From: Octopus sinensis
Taxonomy: Eukaryota
DNA length: 20,930 nt
Direction: 5' to 3'
NCBI RefSeq assembly: GCF_006345805.1
Contig: NW_021835622.1
Span: forward strand, 1 to 20,930
How positions within the stretch are numbered: the stretch's first letter is position 1; every line of letters starts with the position of its first letter. A program made the position numbers and the translations under genes. The notes under the pieces are model-generated. The model saw only the letters and a list, made by a program, of their open reading frames with translations, was not told where the DNA came from and ran no database searches. This document shows positions 1 through 11,366 of this stretch, piece after piece.

Positions 1-105
1 TATGGGCCAAGGCTATCGTAGAGACACTTGGCCCAAGGTGCCACAGAGTGGGACTGAACTTGGAACCATGCCGTTGGGAAAGAAACTTCTAAACACACAG
101 CCACT
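1..105 (-). mobile_element. tRNA-derived SINE family A, 5' head (continues beyond the window start)
   Basis: Reverse complement (GTGGCTGTGTG...CATGGTTCCAAGTTCAGTCCCACTCTGTGGCACCTTGGGCC) aligns with the head of the + strand copy at 19543-19640 and has a Pol III B-box-like GTTCAGTCCC. Confidence 0.85.
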
Positions 106-474
106 CAGGTCACGGAAAATAAATAGATACAAACGTATATTTATATACAACATTTAACAAATATATATACACTCACGCATACATGAATATATATAAATAT
201 ATATATATATATATATGATTAGAAAGAAATTGCTAACTCACATACGGTGGTGGTGTGACAAACAATTCAGAAATTTGTTCTTATTTGTCAATAGTAATTC
301 AATAATCTAATCTGAAATGACAAAGTGATATACAATGCATTGTGGGATTAGGTTACACAGTATGTAAGTAATATATAAGGCTTAAGTATCATTTTGATAT
401 CTTATCACAGATGTGTTGTGACAATCATAAAATTTATCCTCTGTATTTCATCGACCTCTCCCGATATGAATTAC

Positions 475-890
475 ATGCATATATATATATTATATATATA
501 ATATATATATATATACATACATAATATATATGATTATATATATATATGTATGTGTATGTGTATATATATATATATACATACACAAATATATTTCTGTATG
601 TGTGTATATATCTATATCTGTCTATCTATATATATATATACATATATGTGTATATAAATGAAAATATATATATATATAGAAAGAGAGAGAAAGAATGCTA
701 TACATACATAAACATACATGCATGCATTCATACATACATACATACTTACATACTTACATTCATACATACATACATACACACATACCTGAATACACAAAAC
801 GACAAGATCACATAAATATTACTATATACATGGGTGTGCGTGCTTCTTTCTGTATATTTATGCACATATATGTATATATATATATACATT
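475..890. repeat. Compound (TA)n/(TACA)n microsatellite tract
   Basis: Seen directly. It explains ORFs 546..815, 612..797 and the N-terminal half of 695..1153. Confidence 0.95.
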
Positions 891-1871
891 ATTATTGTTC
901 TTATCATCATCATCATCGTCAATATTATTATTATTTGTACTATAAATATTTACAGAATTATGTGGCTCTCATAGAAATCTCTTCTAGTGGACTCGGCTAC
1001 CAGCCTCATGGTAATCGAATAGAGAATTGTAATGCAGAGTTCGGTGCAGCTGCAATCAGGAAGAGCTGGATGATGAAATTGTTTCTTGATGATTATATTA
1101 ACCATAAAATTTTAGGAGCTATGAGAGTTGAATTTATTTACTTAACCACTTGACCCGCTAAGGATTCGAAATTTTGGGGGGCACGGGACTTCTGGAGCCC
1201 AGTTATGAACTCATTGGCATACAGCTAATCAGAGCTCAGCTATCAAACTAATTTACGAACGCATAACATGTGGTGGGCGATAAGAAAAGGTCACTTGTGT
1301 AAGGAATGACCATGCTTTTCTCTTTTAATAATGCCTCTTGCTCTTGTTCTTGTTTCAATCATGGCTGCCTCTGCGTAGTTATTTATGTTGTTGTTTACTT
1401 TGAGAGGTTTGCTAGCACATCTTCTACCCATATGTTTCCCATCCATATTTTTACCATATAGGTCCCTAACAAAATCCGATAATAGGTATAGATATAACTC
1501 TATCTAATTGCTTGTTTCCTTCGAATATCACGCATAACTTGGTGATCGGTCAACTTACAACACCGTTCTTCATCTTCAGTTTACATGGTAGAGTGTGTTT
1601 GTTAACTTGATTGGTTGTATGCAAGTGAGTTAATTACTGGGATCCGGAACTCTCGTGGGAAAAAAAATTGCACTAAGTATTGCGATCGTTTCTTAGACTT
1701 CTTCGTATAAGAATAATTTCAGGGTATAATAAAATGTTTACACATAGGCAATATTATGCATGAAACGCGTTATGCAATCCAATTATTTATTCTGAAATCA
1801 ATGCGAGCAAGAAATGCTAACTCACCAAAATATCAGGAAATCTTGGTTACAGCAACGATTCATCTTTTAGG

Positions 1872-2062
1872 GGAGTCCCCTAAGGAACTGAACTGAGACC
1901 ATTACTGTTCGTGGTAGCTCTGTCAGTCATGCCATCAGCTTACTGTCACCCATCATCAACAAATATATTATCACTCAAGGACCCGGATAACATCCTAAAA
2001 GTACAGAATCTTCTTATACAATATACGTGTATATCAGTCAGCTGATGAAAGTAACATGCCGT
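1872..2062 (+). pseudogene. Old degenerate LINE reverse-transcriptase fragment (CR1/L2 group)
   Basis: From 1872 it translates GVP*GTELRPLLFVVALSVMPSA, then after indels KDPDNILKVQ and YQSADESNMP. This is collinear with GVPQGTVLGPLLFIVALSYMPSNA...QNPSEVAHLQ...YRWAEDNNMQ of the LINE at about 13243-13450. Confidence 0.75.
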
Positions 2063-2128
2063 CACTTCTGAGGAGTTTGAAGCACTCCGCTTTCGGTTCA
2101 CAACCAAATTTCAATCATAATATATGGG

Positions 2129-2782
2129 AACAGTGAAAGGTACCTCACCATGCTGCAAGATAAAATCTGGCCAGTAACTGAGAGAATATAGAAGATTTTA
2201 TTTTTATACAACATTGCACTCTTCCATATTTTGCTATTGTTGCTCGTGAATGACTGAATGCCCACTTCCCTGGGAGATGTTTGCCCGGGCAGAAGACCTG
2301 ATTTAATATCCAGCGATTTATTTCTTCGGGGTTGGTTAAAAGAGCATGTCTACTCTACCAAACCAACGACTTTGGGAAAACCTGAAAGGCGAATACGAGA
2401 ATCTATGTTTTCCATCCGGCAGACGTTCCTTATGAAATCATTTGATGCAGTTTCCGGACAGCTTCAGAAGCTGATGGCGAATGCTGGTACCTATATCGAA
2501 TTTTAAATAAAACTCCATGAAATAAACTTTCTTCTCATATTTAATGTTTCTAAAAATGATACTCTTTCTCTTTTTACTCTTTTATTTGTTTCAGTCAGTT
2601 GACAGTAGCCATGCTGGAGCACCGCCTTTAGTCGAGCAAATCGACCCCAGGACTTATTCTTTGTAAGCTTAGTACTTATTCTATCGGTCCCTTTTGACGA
2701 AACGCTAAGTTACGGGGACGTAAACACCAGCATCGGTTGTCAAGCGATGTTGGTTGGGGGACAAACACAGACACACAAAGAT

Positions 2783-2816
<34 letters not shown>

Positions 2817-2934
2817 GTATGTATATATACATACAGCCTACTCACTACTTACCACACAACCAATCCGACGGCTATTATAGTTAAATAAATTATATGTATT
2901 TTAAAATCGGGCGTTACTTTTCAATCACCCTGTA
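2129..2934 (+). mobile_element. Tc1/mariner-superfamily DNA transposon 3' remnant (rosa/DD41D-like transposase C-terminus plus right TIR), interrupted by a SINE
   Basis: Frameshifted translation NSERYLTMLQDKIWPV / FIFIQHCTLPYFAIVARE*LNAHFPGR / RRPDLISSDLFLRGWLKEHVYSTKPTTL...NAGTYIEF* (stop at 2506) matches the QDGAPPH...WL...FPGRW...SPDL..DFFLWG.LK..VY pattern. The right end is ...TTTTCAATCACCCTG (to 2932) plus TA (2933-2934), the complement of a TA-CAGGGTG terminus. The DD41D assignment is inferred from motif similarity because this copy has a deletion between the aspartate motifs. Confidence 0.8.
2561..2830 (-). mobile_element. SINE family A, 3' half (truncated at its internal CA/TA microsatellite)
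   Basis: Reverse complement aligns with 19735-19947, including GGCGGTGCTCCAGCATGG...TGACTGAAAC and the AG-rich tail. Confidence 0.9.
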
Positions 2935-2936
2935 TA

Positions 2937-3376
2937 TTGCTGTTTGCAAGCAGCATGCTTCAAACAATGTGTTGTCTTGGTTTCAGTTCCATTTCGCAGA
3001 ATCTTGGACATGTTGCTTCTATTACGGATCCTCTGAAATCAAAAAACTTGTGAGCGGATTTGGTAGAGGGAAGCTGAAAAAAATCCGGTGTCTGCGAGTG
3101 CGTGTCCGTGTTGTGAGAGTTTGTGCATGTGTGCATCTAAGAGCGTATGTTTGCGCGGGGGGGGATGCGTGTGTGCGTGTATGTTTGCGTTAGTGTTTGT
3201 AATCTAATATCGCTTGAAAACGGTGTTGGATTATTTCCATCCCCGCCTGGCAAAGTGACCGATGGAATAAATACCAGGCTTTAAAATGATCTACCGGTGA
3301 TGATTTGCCCGTCTAAGACCATCCAGGCAATGCCCCAGAAATACCACGATCCATTGACAGAAACAAACAGACAGAA
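2937..3376 (+). mobile_element. SINE family A, older diverged near-full-length copy
   Basis: Contains CTTGTGAGCGGATTTGGTAGAGGGAAGCTGAAA (cf. TTTGTGAGTGGATTTGGTAGACGGAAATTGAAAG near 19653-19684), an internal GT-rich tract, and GGCAAAGTGACCGATGGAATAAATACCAGGCTT (cf. 19811-19844). Confidence 0.75.
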
Positions 3377-3739
3377 TTAATCGATATACAATATAGAAAA
3401 AAACCTACAATTATTTCAAGGTAACCCATCAGCTGAGCTTTTTGCGATTATGCAAATACTTCACTGTTCTCTCACGCATACAAACATGCATACCTACATA
3501 CATACACATGCATGTCTGTGCGCGCGAGCGTGTACGCATAAATCTGCTCATGCGAGCATAGAAATTCACAGTTAATGAAGAATTCAGTGTTAAAACTAGT
3601 ATATGTAAATTTTATTCACCGTTTCCTTAGAATGTGACTCAGTTATTTGATCTTTCGTTTCTTCGGAGCAAACGGAAGTGGAAATATCCTGGCCATTTTG
3701 TTCGGAAATAGTGAATATTAGAAACATCCACACATGAAT

Positions 3740-3915
3740 AAATACATACCTATATGCATACATAGATACATTCTGATATACTTACATATTTATATGTATG
3801 TGTATATTTATGCATGTATATATATATATCTATATATATATGTATGTGTGTAAATATATGTATATATTGTATATATGAATATGTGTATATATACATATAT
3901 ATATCAGTATATATA

Positions 3916-3968
<53 letters not shown>

Positions 3969-3979
3969 TATATATATAT
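3740..3979. repeat. (TA)n/(TG)n/(TC)n microsatellite tract
   Basis: Seen directly. Confidence 0.95.
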
Positions 3980-4029
3980 CGTTTTGGATTTGGTTTGCAA
4001 GATTCTTTATGCGAGTTCGTATGTTGAAG

Positions 4030-4322
4030 CATATTCTATTGCGTCTGGGGAGAGTCATTTTCTTTTTGTGTCTTATAATTTAAACCACTCAGCGGTAAAA
4101 TTTCCACTTGTTTTTATTTTTATTTTCCTAAAATTTTCGTTGCGTCTTGCAACCATTTCAAAAGTCAAGACTATTGAAAAGGTTGTCAGTAGTAAAAGGT
4201 TGCAAGATGCAACGAAAATTTTAGAAAGATACAAATAAGAAATAAATGGGAATTTTACCGGTGAATAGCTTAAATTAAAAAGAACAAAAAGAAAATGACC
4301 CTTCCCAGACACAAAGAATATG
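4030..4322. repeat. Foldback (palindromic) element, MITE-like
   Basis: 4030-4154 is the imperfect reverse complement of 4198-4322 (e.g. CTAAAATTTTCGTTGCGTCTTGCAACC / GGTTGCAAGATGCAACGAAAATTTTAG). The inner 4151-4166 pairs with 4169-4184 at 14/16 around an AA centre. Flanked by (TA)n. Confidence 0.85.
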
Positions 4323-5192
4323 TATATATATATTATTTCTAAGACACTGAACGAGAAAAATTCAATGATAGTACTCTAGAGTAAAGATTAGTTGCCAACA
4401 TAATGTGGCAGTTCTGATTAGGACGAATGCAACTGTTATTTAGCCCGAAGAAACATCGTTTCCAGCTGGCTATCGACGCACTATTTGCGTCCTTATATTT
4501 TCGAACAGAGATTTAGAAATAATTCTTTTTATATTTATGAAATCAGCGACTGTGTGTCAATTTGAAAAGTATATATTTCGAAGAAGAATCTAAGGTCACC
4601 ATCTCTAGCCTAGCATTTATTCTGTGTTGATGAAGTGAAATAACTCACAAACCACTGGCACACACATATTTCTTTGAACTGAGTGGGGACACTAATCTTT
4701 CAGACAAACAAGAAAATCACACACGTCTACAAATATGTTGAAGCATTCAAAATATATAAATGCAACACATAAAAATAAATATTTATCTCTTGAATCGGTC
4801 CTTATTTAGCAGAAGGAAATCGTGACTTATTTGGGCAACCAGATTAAGCACACAATAAAATATCTAGTCTACGATACTGCCTCGCATGCATGAATCGTCT
4901 TTCCAAATGAAAAAAAACACAAAAAAAAACCAATCTGTCGAAATAACAGAAAACTGTTTTTAAAATTTTTAATACTTTATTTTAATAAATGACACCAGAT
5001 GGTTGCGTATTAATATCTAGGAGAGTAAATTTTAATATAGGATTTAAAGTTCCCATGATCTCAGCACAACTCATCGTAACGGATATGATCTGAAGCTCAA
5101 TCCAAATAACACTTGCATATACACACACATACCTACACACGCGAGAACAGGTGTGTGTGTGTTGCATTACTTTCTTAATTTATTGGTTGTTT

Positions 5193-5517
5193 AAGGCGGC
5201 GAGCTGGTAGACACGTTAGCACGCCGAGTGAAATGCTCAGTAGTATTTCGTCTGCCGTTACGTTCTGAATTCAAATATCGCCGAGGTCGACTTTCATCCT
5301 TTCGGGTTCGATGAATTAAGTACCAGTTACGCAGTGGGGTCGATGAAATCGACTTAATCCGTTTGTATGTCCTTGTTTGCCCTCTCTGTGTTTATCCCCT
5401 AGTGGATAGTAAAGAAATAGGTATTTCGTCTGTCTTTACGTTCTGAGTTCAAATTCCGCCAAGGTCGACTTTTCCTTTCATCTTTTCGGTGTCGATTAAA
5501 TAAGTACCAGTTACGCA
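5193..5517 (+). mobile_element. tRNA-derived SINE family B with an internal tandem partial duplication
   Basis: Head GGCGGCGAGCTGGTAG, B-box-like GTTCAAATTCC in the duplicated unit, core CTTTCATCCTTTCGGG.TCGAT.AATTAAGTACCAG. The block from GTATTTCGTCTG is repeated at 5421-5517. Homologous to 19294-19518. Confidence 0.85.
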
Positions 5518-5569
5518 TGTATATATATATATATATGTATGTATATATATATATGTATGTATATACACG

Positions 5570-5605
<36 letters not shown>

Positions 5606-5695
5606 AGAGTTTTTCCTCATGATAGATCGCTAGACACTACAACATTTTTTTATTTTCTCTCTTTGTTTTATTTCAGCATTCTTTTTTGTGTCGAA

Positions 5696-5742
5696 GTAAA
5701 GAAATAGGTATTTCGTCTGTCTTTGCGTTTGAGTTCAAATTC
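5696..5742 (+). mobile_element. SINE family B fragment (tail-to-internal junction)
   Basis: GTAAAGAAATAGGTATTTCGTCTGTCTTTGCGTTTGAGTTCAAATTC is nearly identical to 5409-5456. Confidence 0.75.
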
Positions 5743-5801
5743 TAATAATAATATCTAAATTAATAATGTTTGAATATTCATTCATTTATGAATATATATA
5801 T

Positions 5802-5832
<31 letters not shown>

Positions 5833-5834
<2 letters not shown>

Positions 5835-7285
5835 TTATTATATAGAAGGATCTTCTACAGGACTAGAACTGTTTCATTCAAGAGAAATCTTCAGGAAGCT
5901 AGTTAACAAGAATTGTATTGGAGTTTTATACATTTAGGCAGGTTTAAAAGGGGTGGTGGTGGGGGACTTTTTGGGGGTAGGCATAGCGCAAAATATCATA
6001 CTTGGGGAGTGGTCAAGGAGTCAGTGGTAAATTAGATAAAAGAATAAATAAAATAATAAAAAATATATAAAAAGAATAGAGATTTAGGTAAATAAGGAGA
6101 TTCTCACTTATACCTATACACATATGTATACATATATATACACACACACACATATACATACACACATACATACACACACACATATATATATATATATATA
6201 CACATACATATACATACACATATCTACACATATATATACATATACATATATATACCTATATATATATATATATACATATATATACACACATATACATGCA
6301 TACACATATACACACACACATGTATATATACACACACGACCACGCATACATATACACACAAAAAATATATACATACACACACATAACATACACGCATACC
6401 ACACATATCCACATACACACATGCACACACAACACACAAGTCCCTATATACACATATATACACATACACACATATACTATATATATACTATATATATATA
6501 TACACATGTGTACCTATACATACCTACACATACACACATATACATACAAATACCAGAACCATTCCCTAATTTTCTTATCTTCATTTATACTTTTGTTATC
6601 TTTGACCGCTGGTCACAAGCATCTTGGCTATGACAGCAAGTCCATTTATATTTTCTACTTGAAAATAAGCACTCATTCACGCACGCACACTCATTAGCAC
6701 GCACACTCACTCATTCGTACACTCATACACATAAACGCACGCACCGTTATATTCCTACATACATACATCTACATACATTCACGTATAACACATACGTACG
6801 CGTACCTACAGATTCATGTCTACACTCTTAGAAGGCTAGTCTATACATATACACCATTAAATATATATACACCATAACTATACACCTACATACAAGTACA
6901 TACATATATATATAATAAAAGATATATATTATATATATACATATATACATACATATATATATATACATACATACATACATCACGTATACATACATACATA
7001 CATACATCAGATACATAACTACATATATACACATACACACACCCACACGTATACATATGCATACATATATATACGCGCATGCATACACATACAAATACTA
7101 CACATACATACACATATCTATACATACATACTATATATATAATATAATATATATACATACAATACATACAACATACATATACAAATATACACACACACAT
7201 ACATACACATATACACATACACGCACATACACATGTACATGCGTACCCATACACACACACACACACACGCGCATCCATATATACA
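5833..7285 (-). repeat. Left arm of ~1.45 kb inverted repeat (PLE 3' pseudo-LTR)
   Basis: Unique blocks 5843-6115 and 6550-6850 are near-identical reverse complements of 11425-11700 and 10660-10970. Similarity ends at GCATCCATATATACA (7271-7285). Confidence 0.92.
5850..5900 (-). ncRNA. Minimal type-I hammerhead ribozyme (PLE pLTR, element-sense copy)
   Basis: Minus strand reads AGCUUC-CUGAAGA-UUUCUCUUGAAU-GAAAC-AGUUCUAGUCCU-GUA-GAAGAU. The CUGANGA/GAAA/GUH core is complete and helix I has one G-A mismatch. Confidence 0.72.
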
Positions 7286-7463
7286 TATAAGTACACACAT
7301 TCGTAAAAGTATACATATATCTATGCTTACACATACACACACACACACGCGCGCCTCCTTATATTCATACTTACATGCATACTCAAAAAATAAAAATAAA
7401 TATTAAGTATATGTACGTGCAGTTACCTATTATACAGACGGATACATACATATAAACTTACAC

Positions 7464-7512
<49 letters not shown>

Positions 7513-7748
7513 ACACATATGTACATATACATACACACATACATAACTCTACGTCCTACATATACATAAACACACGAGCGTACACGTATATGTACATATA
7601 ACACATACACATACACACACATATATATACATACATACATATACATACACACATATATATATATATATATATATTTATATATTTTTATACATTATATACA
7701 CACAATACCACACATTATACATACATATACATACACACACGTACACAT

Positions 7749-7803
<55 letters not shown>

Positions 7804-7886
7804 TATATATATACACATACATACATACACATACATATACATACACACATACACACACACATACATTATACCACTCACACACATAC

Positions 7887-7923
<37 letters not shown>

Positions 7924-8386
7924 CATGTGTGCAAACATACATCATACTCATACACACACCACACTTACATATACAAATATACACACACTACACCATATAT
8001 CATACATATTACATACATACATACACATATGTATACATATATATATTCACACATACACATATATATATATATACACATATATAACCTTACACATACATAT
8101 ATATTTACATACATATATATACATATACACATACATATACACACACATACATTATATATATATATATATATACCCACACCTACACATACACATGCACATA
8201 CGTATAACTCTACATGCCCACATATACATATATATATATATATATACACACACAATACATATACATATATATATGTATATATACACACACATATATATAC
8301 CCATCTACAATCTGTATATACACACACATACATGCACATACACATAACTCTACATACCTACATATACATCGACATACTCGCGTACA

Positions 8387-8433
<47 letters not shown>

Positions 8434-8497
8434 CACATACACACACACATACATATACATATATGTATACATACACATAATACATATATACACACAC

Positions 8498-8528
<31 letters not shown>

Positions 8529-8551
8529 TACACATACATATATATAATACT

Positions 8552-8607
<56 letters not shown>

Positions 8608-9070
8608 ATACATATATATATATATCAACATTGAGGGTAAAGTTAATTAGTTATTAATCATTTCACCAAGTATTCAGTATGTAAAAGGACCATTATTTTT
8701 TTGAGTAAACAATGTCTGATAGAAAATATCCTTTAAGTAGTGGAAGAGGCTAAAAAAACTTTTTTGGCTGCTATTTCTAGAAAGTTCAGTATGTGGCAAA
8801 GTATTTTATTTTACTAAGCCCTAATTATATAATATTTTATACATACATACACATACATACACACATACATATACACATACATATGCATACACACATATAT
8901 ACATATATACATATATACAAACACACACACACACACACACATACATATATATATTTTTTTACATACATACACACACACATACACATAAATACATGCGTAT
9001 ATTCCTACTATACCCATACATTTCTATACATATATACGATACACATATACAAGCGGTGCACATACAATAT
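7286..9070. repeat. Compound TA/CA/TACA microsatellite mosaic inside the PLE 3' region, with a ~200 bp complex island at 8625-8830
   Basis: Seen directly. It accounts for the many H/T/Y/I-rich ORFs. Confidence 0.9.
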
Positions 9071-9149
9071 GTGAAAGGTCTTAGGAGAAAAGTTAATCGG
9101 GGGTGCTAGGGGAACGGTGGGATTGGGGGGGTTTGTGGGTGGGGTGTCA

Positions 9150-10219
9150 TCAATCTGGTTGCCGGGTAGGTCTATAGTTCTTGTAGTTTGCATAATTCTT
9201 ATGCATGCAATTTGGGGTGTTCTGAGATCTTGTTAGGAGAGGCCTTTGGCGAACAAGATCTCTAGGCTCTCCGAAATGCAAAGGTTACAGCAGGTATGGC
9301 CTCCTGTGTACGAACGCGCCTTCTGTAGTAGTTTCCACTTGGTCTTGAAGGGGATGGAGTTCCTTTTAAGGTACCAGATGTGGCGGCGAGGGTAGTTTGG
9401 TTGGATTTATCCTGTCGCCGGACGAGTGTGTGGTGTGCGTACCAACGGGTCTTAAAGCTGTTTGACGTCATTCCGATGTAGGATTTTCTTTTATCGTCAG
9501 GGCCTGATCTTACCTCGCATGTATATACTAGGTCCCTCTGTAGGCAGTTGTTGTTGAGGGGGCAGGTGGTTTTTATCAGGGCAGTTGCATTGCTATCGGA
9601 CGTTGGATGGGCCTCGGAAAAAGTAGATATATTAAGTTTTTTCACATTGTTGTTGGCTAGTTCCTGGCTAGATTGGGCGTGGTAGAGTAGGAGAGTCTAA
9701 TAGTGTTCTTATTTAGGATAGTGTAGTACTTATGTTGGGTGGGGAAGTGTTTCTGTAGGAGAGTGAAGAAGATTTTAGCTACTGGTGTAGCGACCTCACG
9801 GTTGAAGGGGGGGTTGTACCAGCTAATGTGTCTACGTCTATTTTTCCTGGGTTGGCGTGGGCTATACTAGTATAGGTAATCTTATCTTTAAAGCCACTGC
9901 GGGCCAGGGCCTCGTTGTAATAGGGGGCTGCGGCTTAAATATCTTCTTCCGTGGCGGACAGGCTAGAAATTCTAATTGAGACACTTTTTACTAGGTTATC
10001 TAATATATTTTTTGGGTGGTTGGAATTAATATCTATATATCTAAGGATTCATTTGGTTTGTGGTACGGGTAATAAAGTGAGGTTTTTAAGTCGAGGGTGA
10101 CGTCATGGAAGTTAGCTTTGGTTAAGTTTGGATTCTAAGGTAATCCTAAGGCCTAAGTTTTTAAAGAAGTGTAAAGATTTTTCCGGAACCCATCCGTGGT
10201 CCTGGGGTTTATTTTGTGG
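9150..10219 (-). pseudogene. PLE reverse transcriptase C-terminus, linker and GIY-YIG endonuclease, disrupted
   Basis: Across frameshifts and stops: [13 protein letters not shown] / KANFHDVTLDLKTSLYYPYHKPNE / YIDINSNHPKNILDNLVKSVSIRISSLS...YNEALARSGF / RRHISWYNPPFN...LQKHFPTQH...NKNTIRLSYS / CPLNNNCLQRDLVYTCEV...SYIGMTSNSFKTRWYAH / HIWYLK...WKLLQKA...CNLCISE / CMHKNY..., with the stop at 9150-9152. Confidence 0.9.
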
Positions 10220-10565
10220 TGTATATATGGATGCACGTGTGTGTGTGTGTGTATGGGTACGCATGTACATGTGTATGTGCGTGTATGTGTATATGTGTAT
10301 GTATGTGTGTGTGTATATTTGTATATGTATGTATGTATATGTATGTATGTGTATATATATATATATATATAGATATATGTATGTATATGTATATGTGTAT
10401 GTGTATGTATTTGTATGTGTATGCATGCGCGTATATATATGTATGTATATGTATACGTGTGGGTGTGTGTATGTGTATATATGTATGTATGGATGTATGT
10501 ATGTATGTATGTATGTATGTATACGTGTATGTATGTATGTATATATATATATATATATGTATGTA

Positions 10566-10606
<41 letters not shown>

Positions 10607-11016
10607 TTGTATGTAGGTGTATATGTATGTGTGTATATATATTTATTGGTGTATATGTATAGACTAGCCTTCTAAGAGTGTAGACATGAATCTGTAGGTA
10701 CGCGTACGTATGTGTATATACGTGAATGTATGTAGATGTATGTATGTATGAATATAACGCGTGCGTGCGTGTATGTGTATGAGTGTACGAATGAGTGAGT
10801 GTGCGTGCTAATGAGTGTGCGTGCTAATGAGTGTGCGTGCGTGAATGAGTGCTTGTTTTCAAGTAGAAAGATAAATGGACTTGCTGTCATAGCCAAGATG
10901 CTTGTGACCAGCGGTCAAAGATAACAAAAGTAATAAATGAAGATAAGAAAATTAGGGAATGGGTCTGTATTTGTATGTATATGTGTGTATGTGTAGGTAT
11001 GTATAGGTACACATAT

Positions 11017-11052
<36 letters not shown>

Positions 11053-11335
11053 GTATATGTGTGTATGTGTATATATGTGTATATAGGGACTTGTGTGTTG
11101 TGTGTGCATGTGTGTATGTGGATATGTGTGTGTATGCGTGTATGTGTATGTGTGTGTATGTATATATTTTTTGTGTGTATATGTATGCGTGGTCGTGCGT
11201 GTATATATACATGTGTGTGTATATGTGTATGCATGTATATGTGTGTATATATATGTATATATATATGTATATATATATAGGTATATATATGTGTATTTAT
11301 ATATATGTGTAGATATGTGTATGTATATGTATGTG

Positions 11336-11366
<31 letters not shown>

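Noticed and set aside
956-1153. Possible short exon (TTACAG acceptor, NYVALIEISSSGLGYQPH, GTAATC donor)
   Set aside because: Weak splice signals, no recognisable homology and no partner exons.
226-1826. Shared motif TGCTAACTCAC at about 231 and 1815
   Set aside because: Only a short match with no extended similarity, compatible with chance.
2039-2100. CTGATGA hammerhead-like core, or resemblance to the mariner left TIR
   Set aside because: No correctly placed GAAA or helices. The sequence is better explained as LINE coding (ADESNM versus AEDNNM).
5409-5742. CRISPR-like repeat-spacer array
   Set aside because: Eukaryotic context, irregular spacing, and the repeats are SINE fragments.
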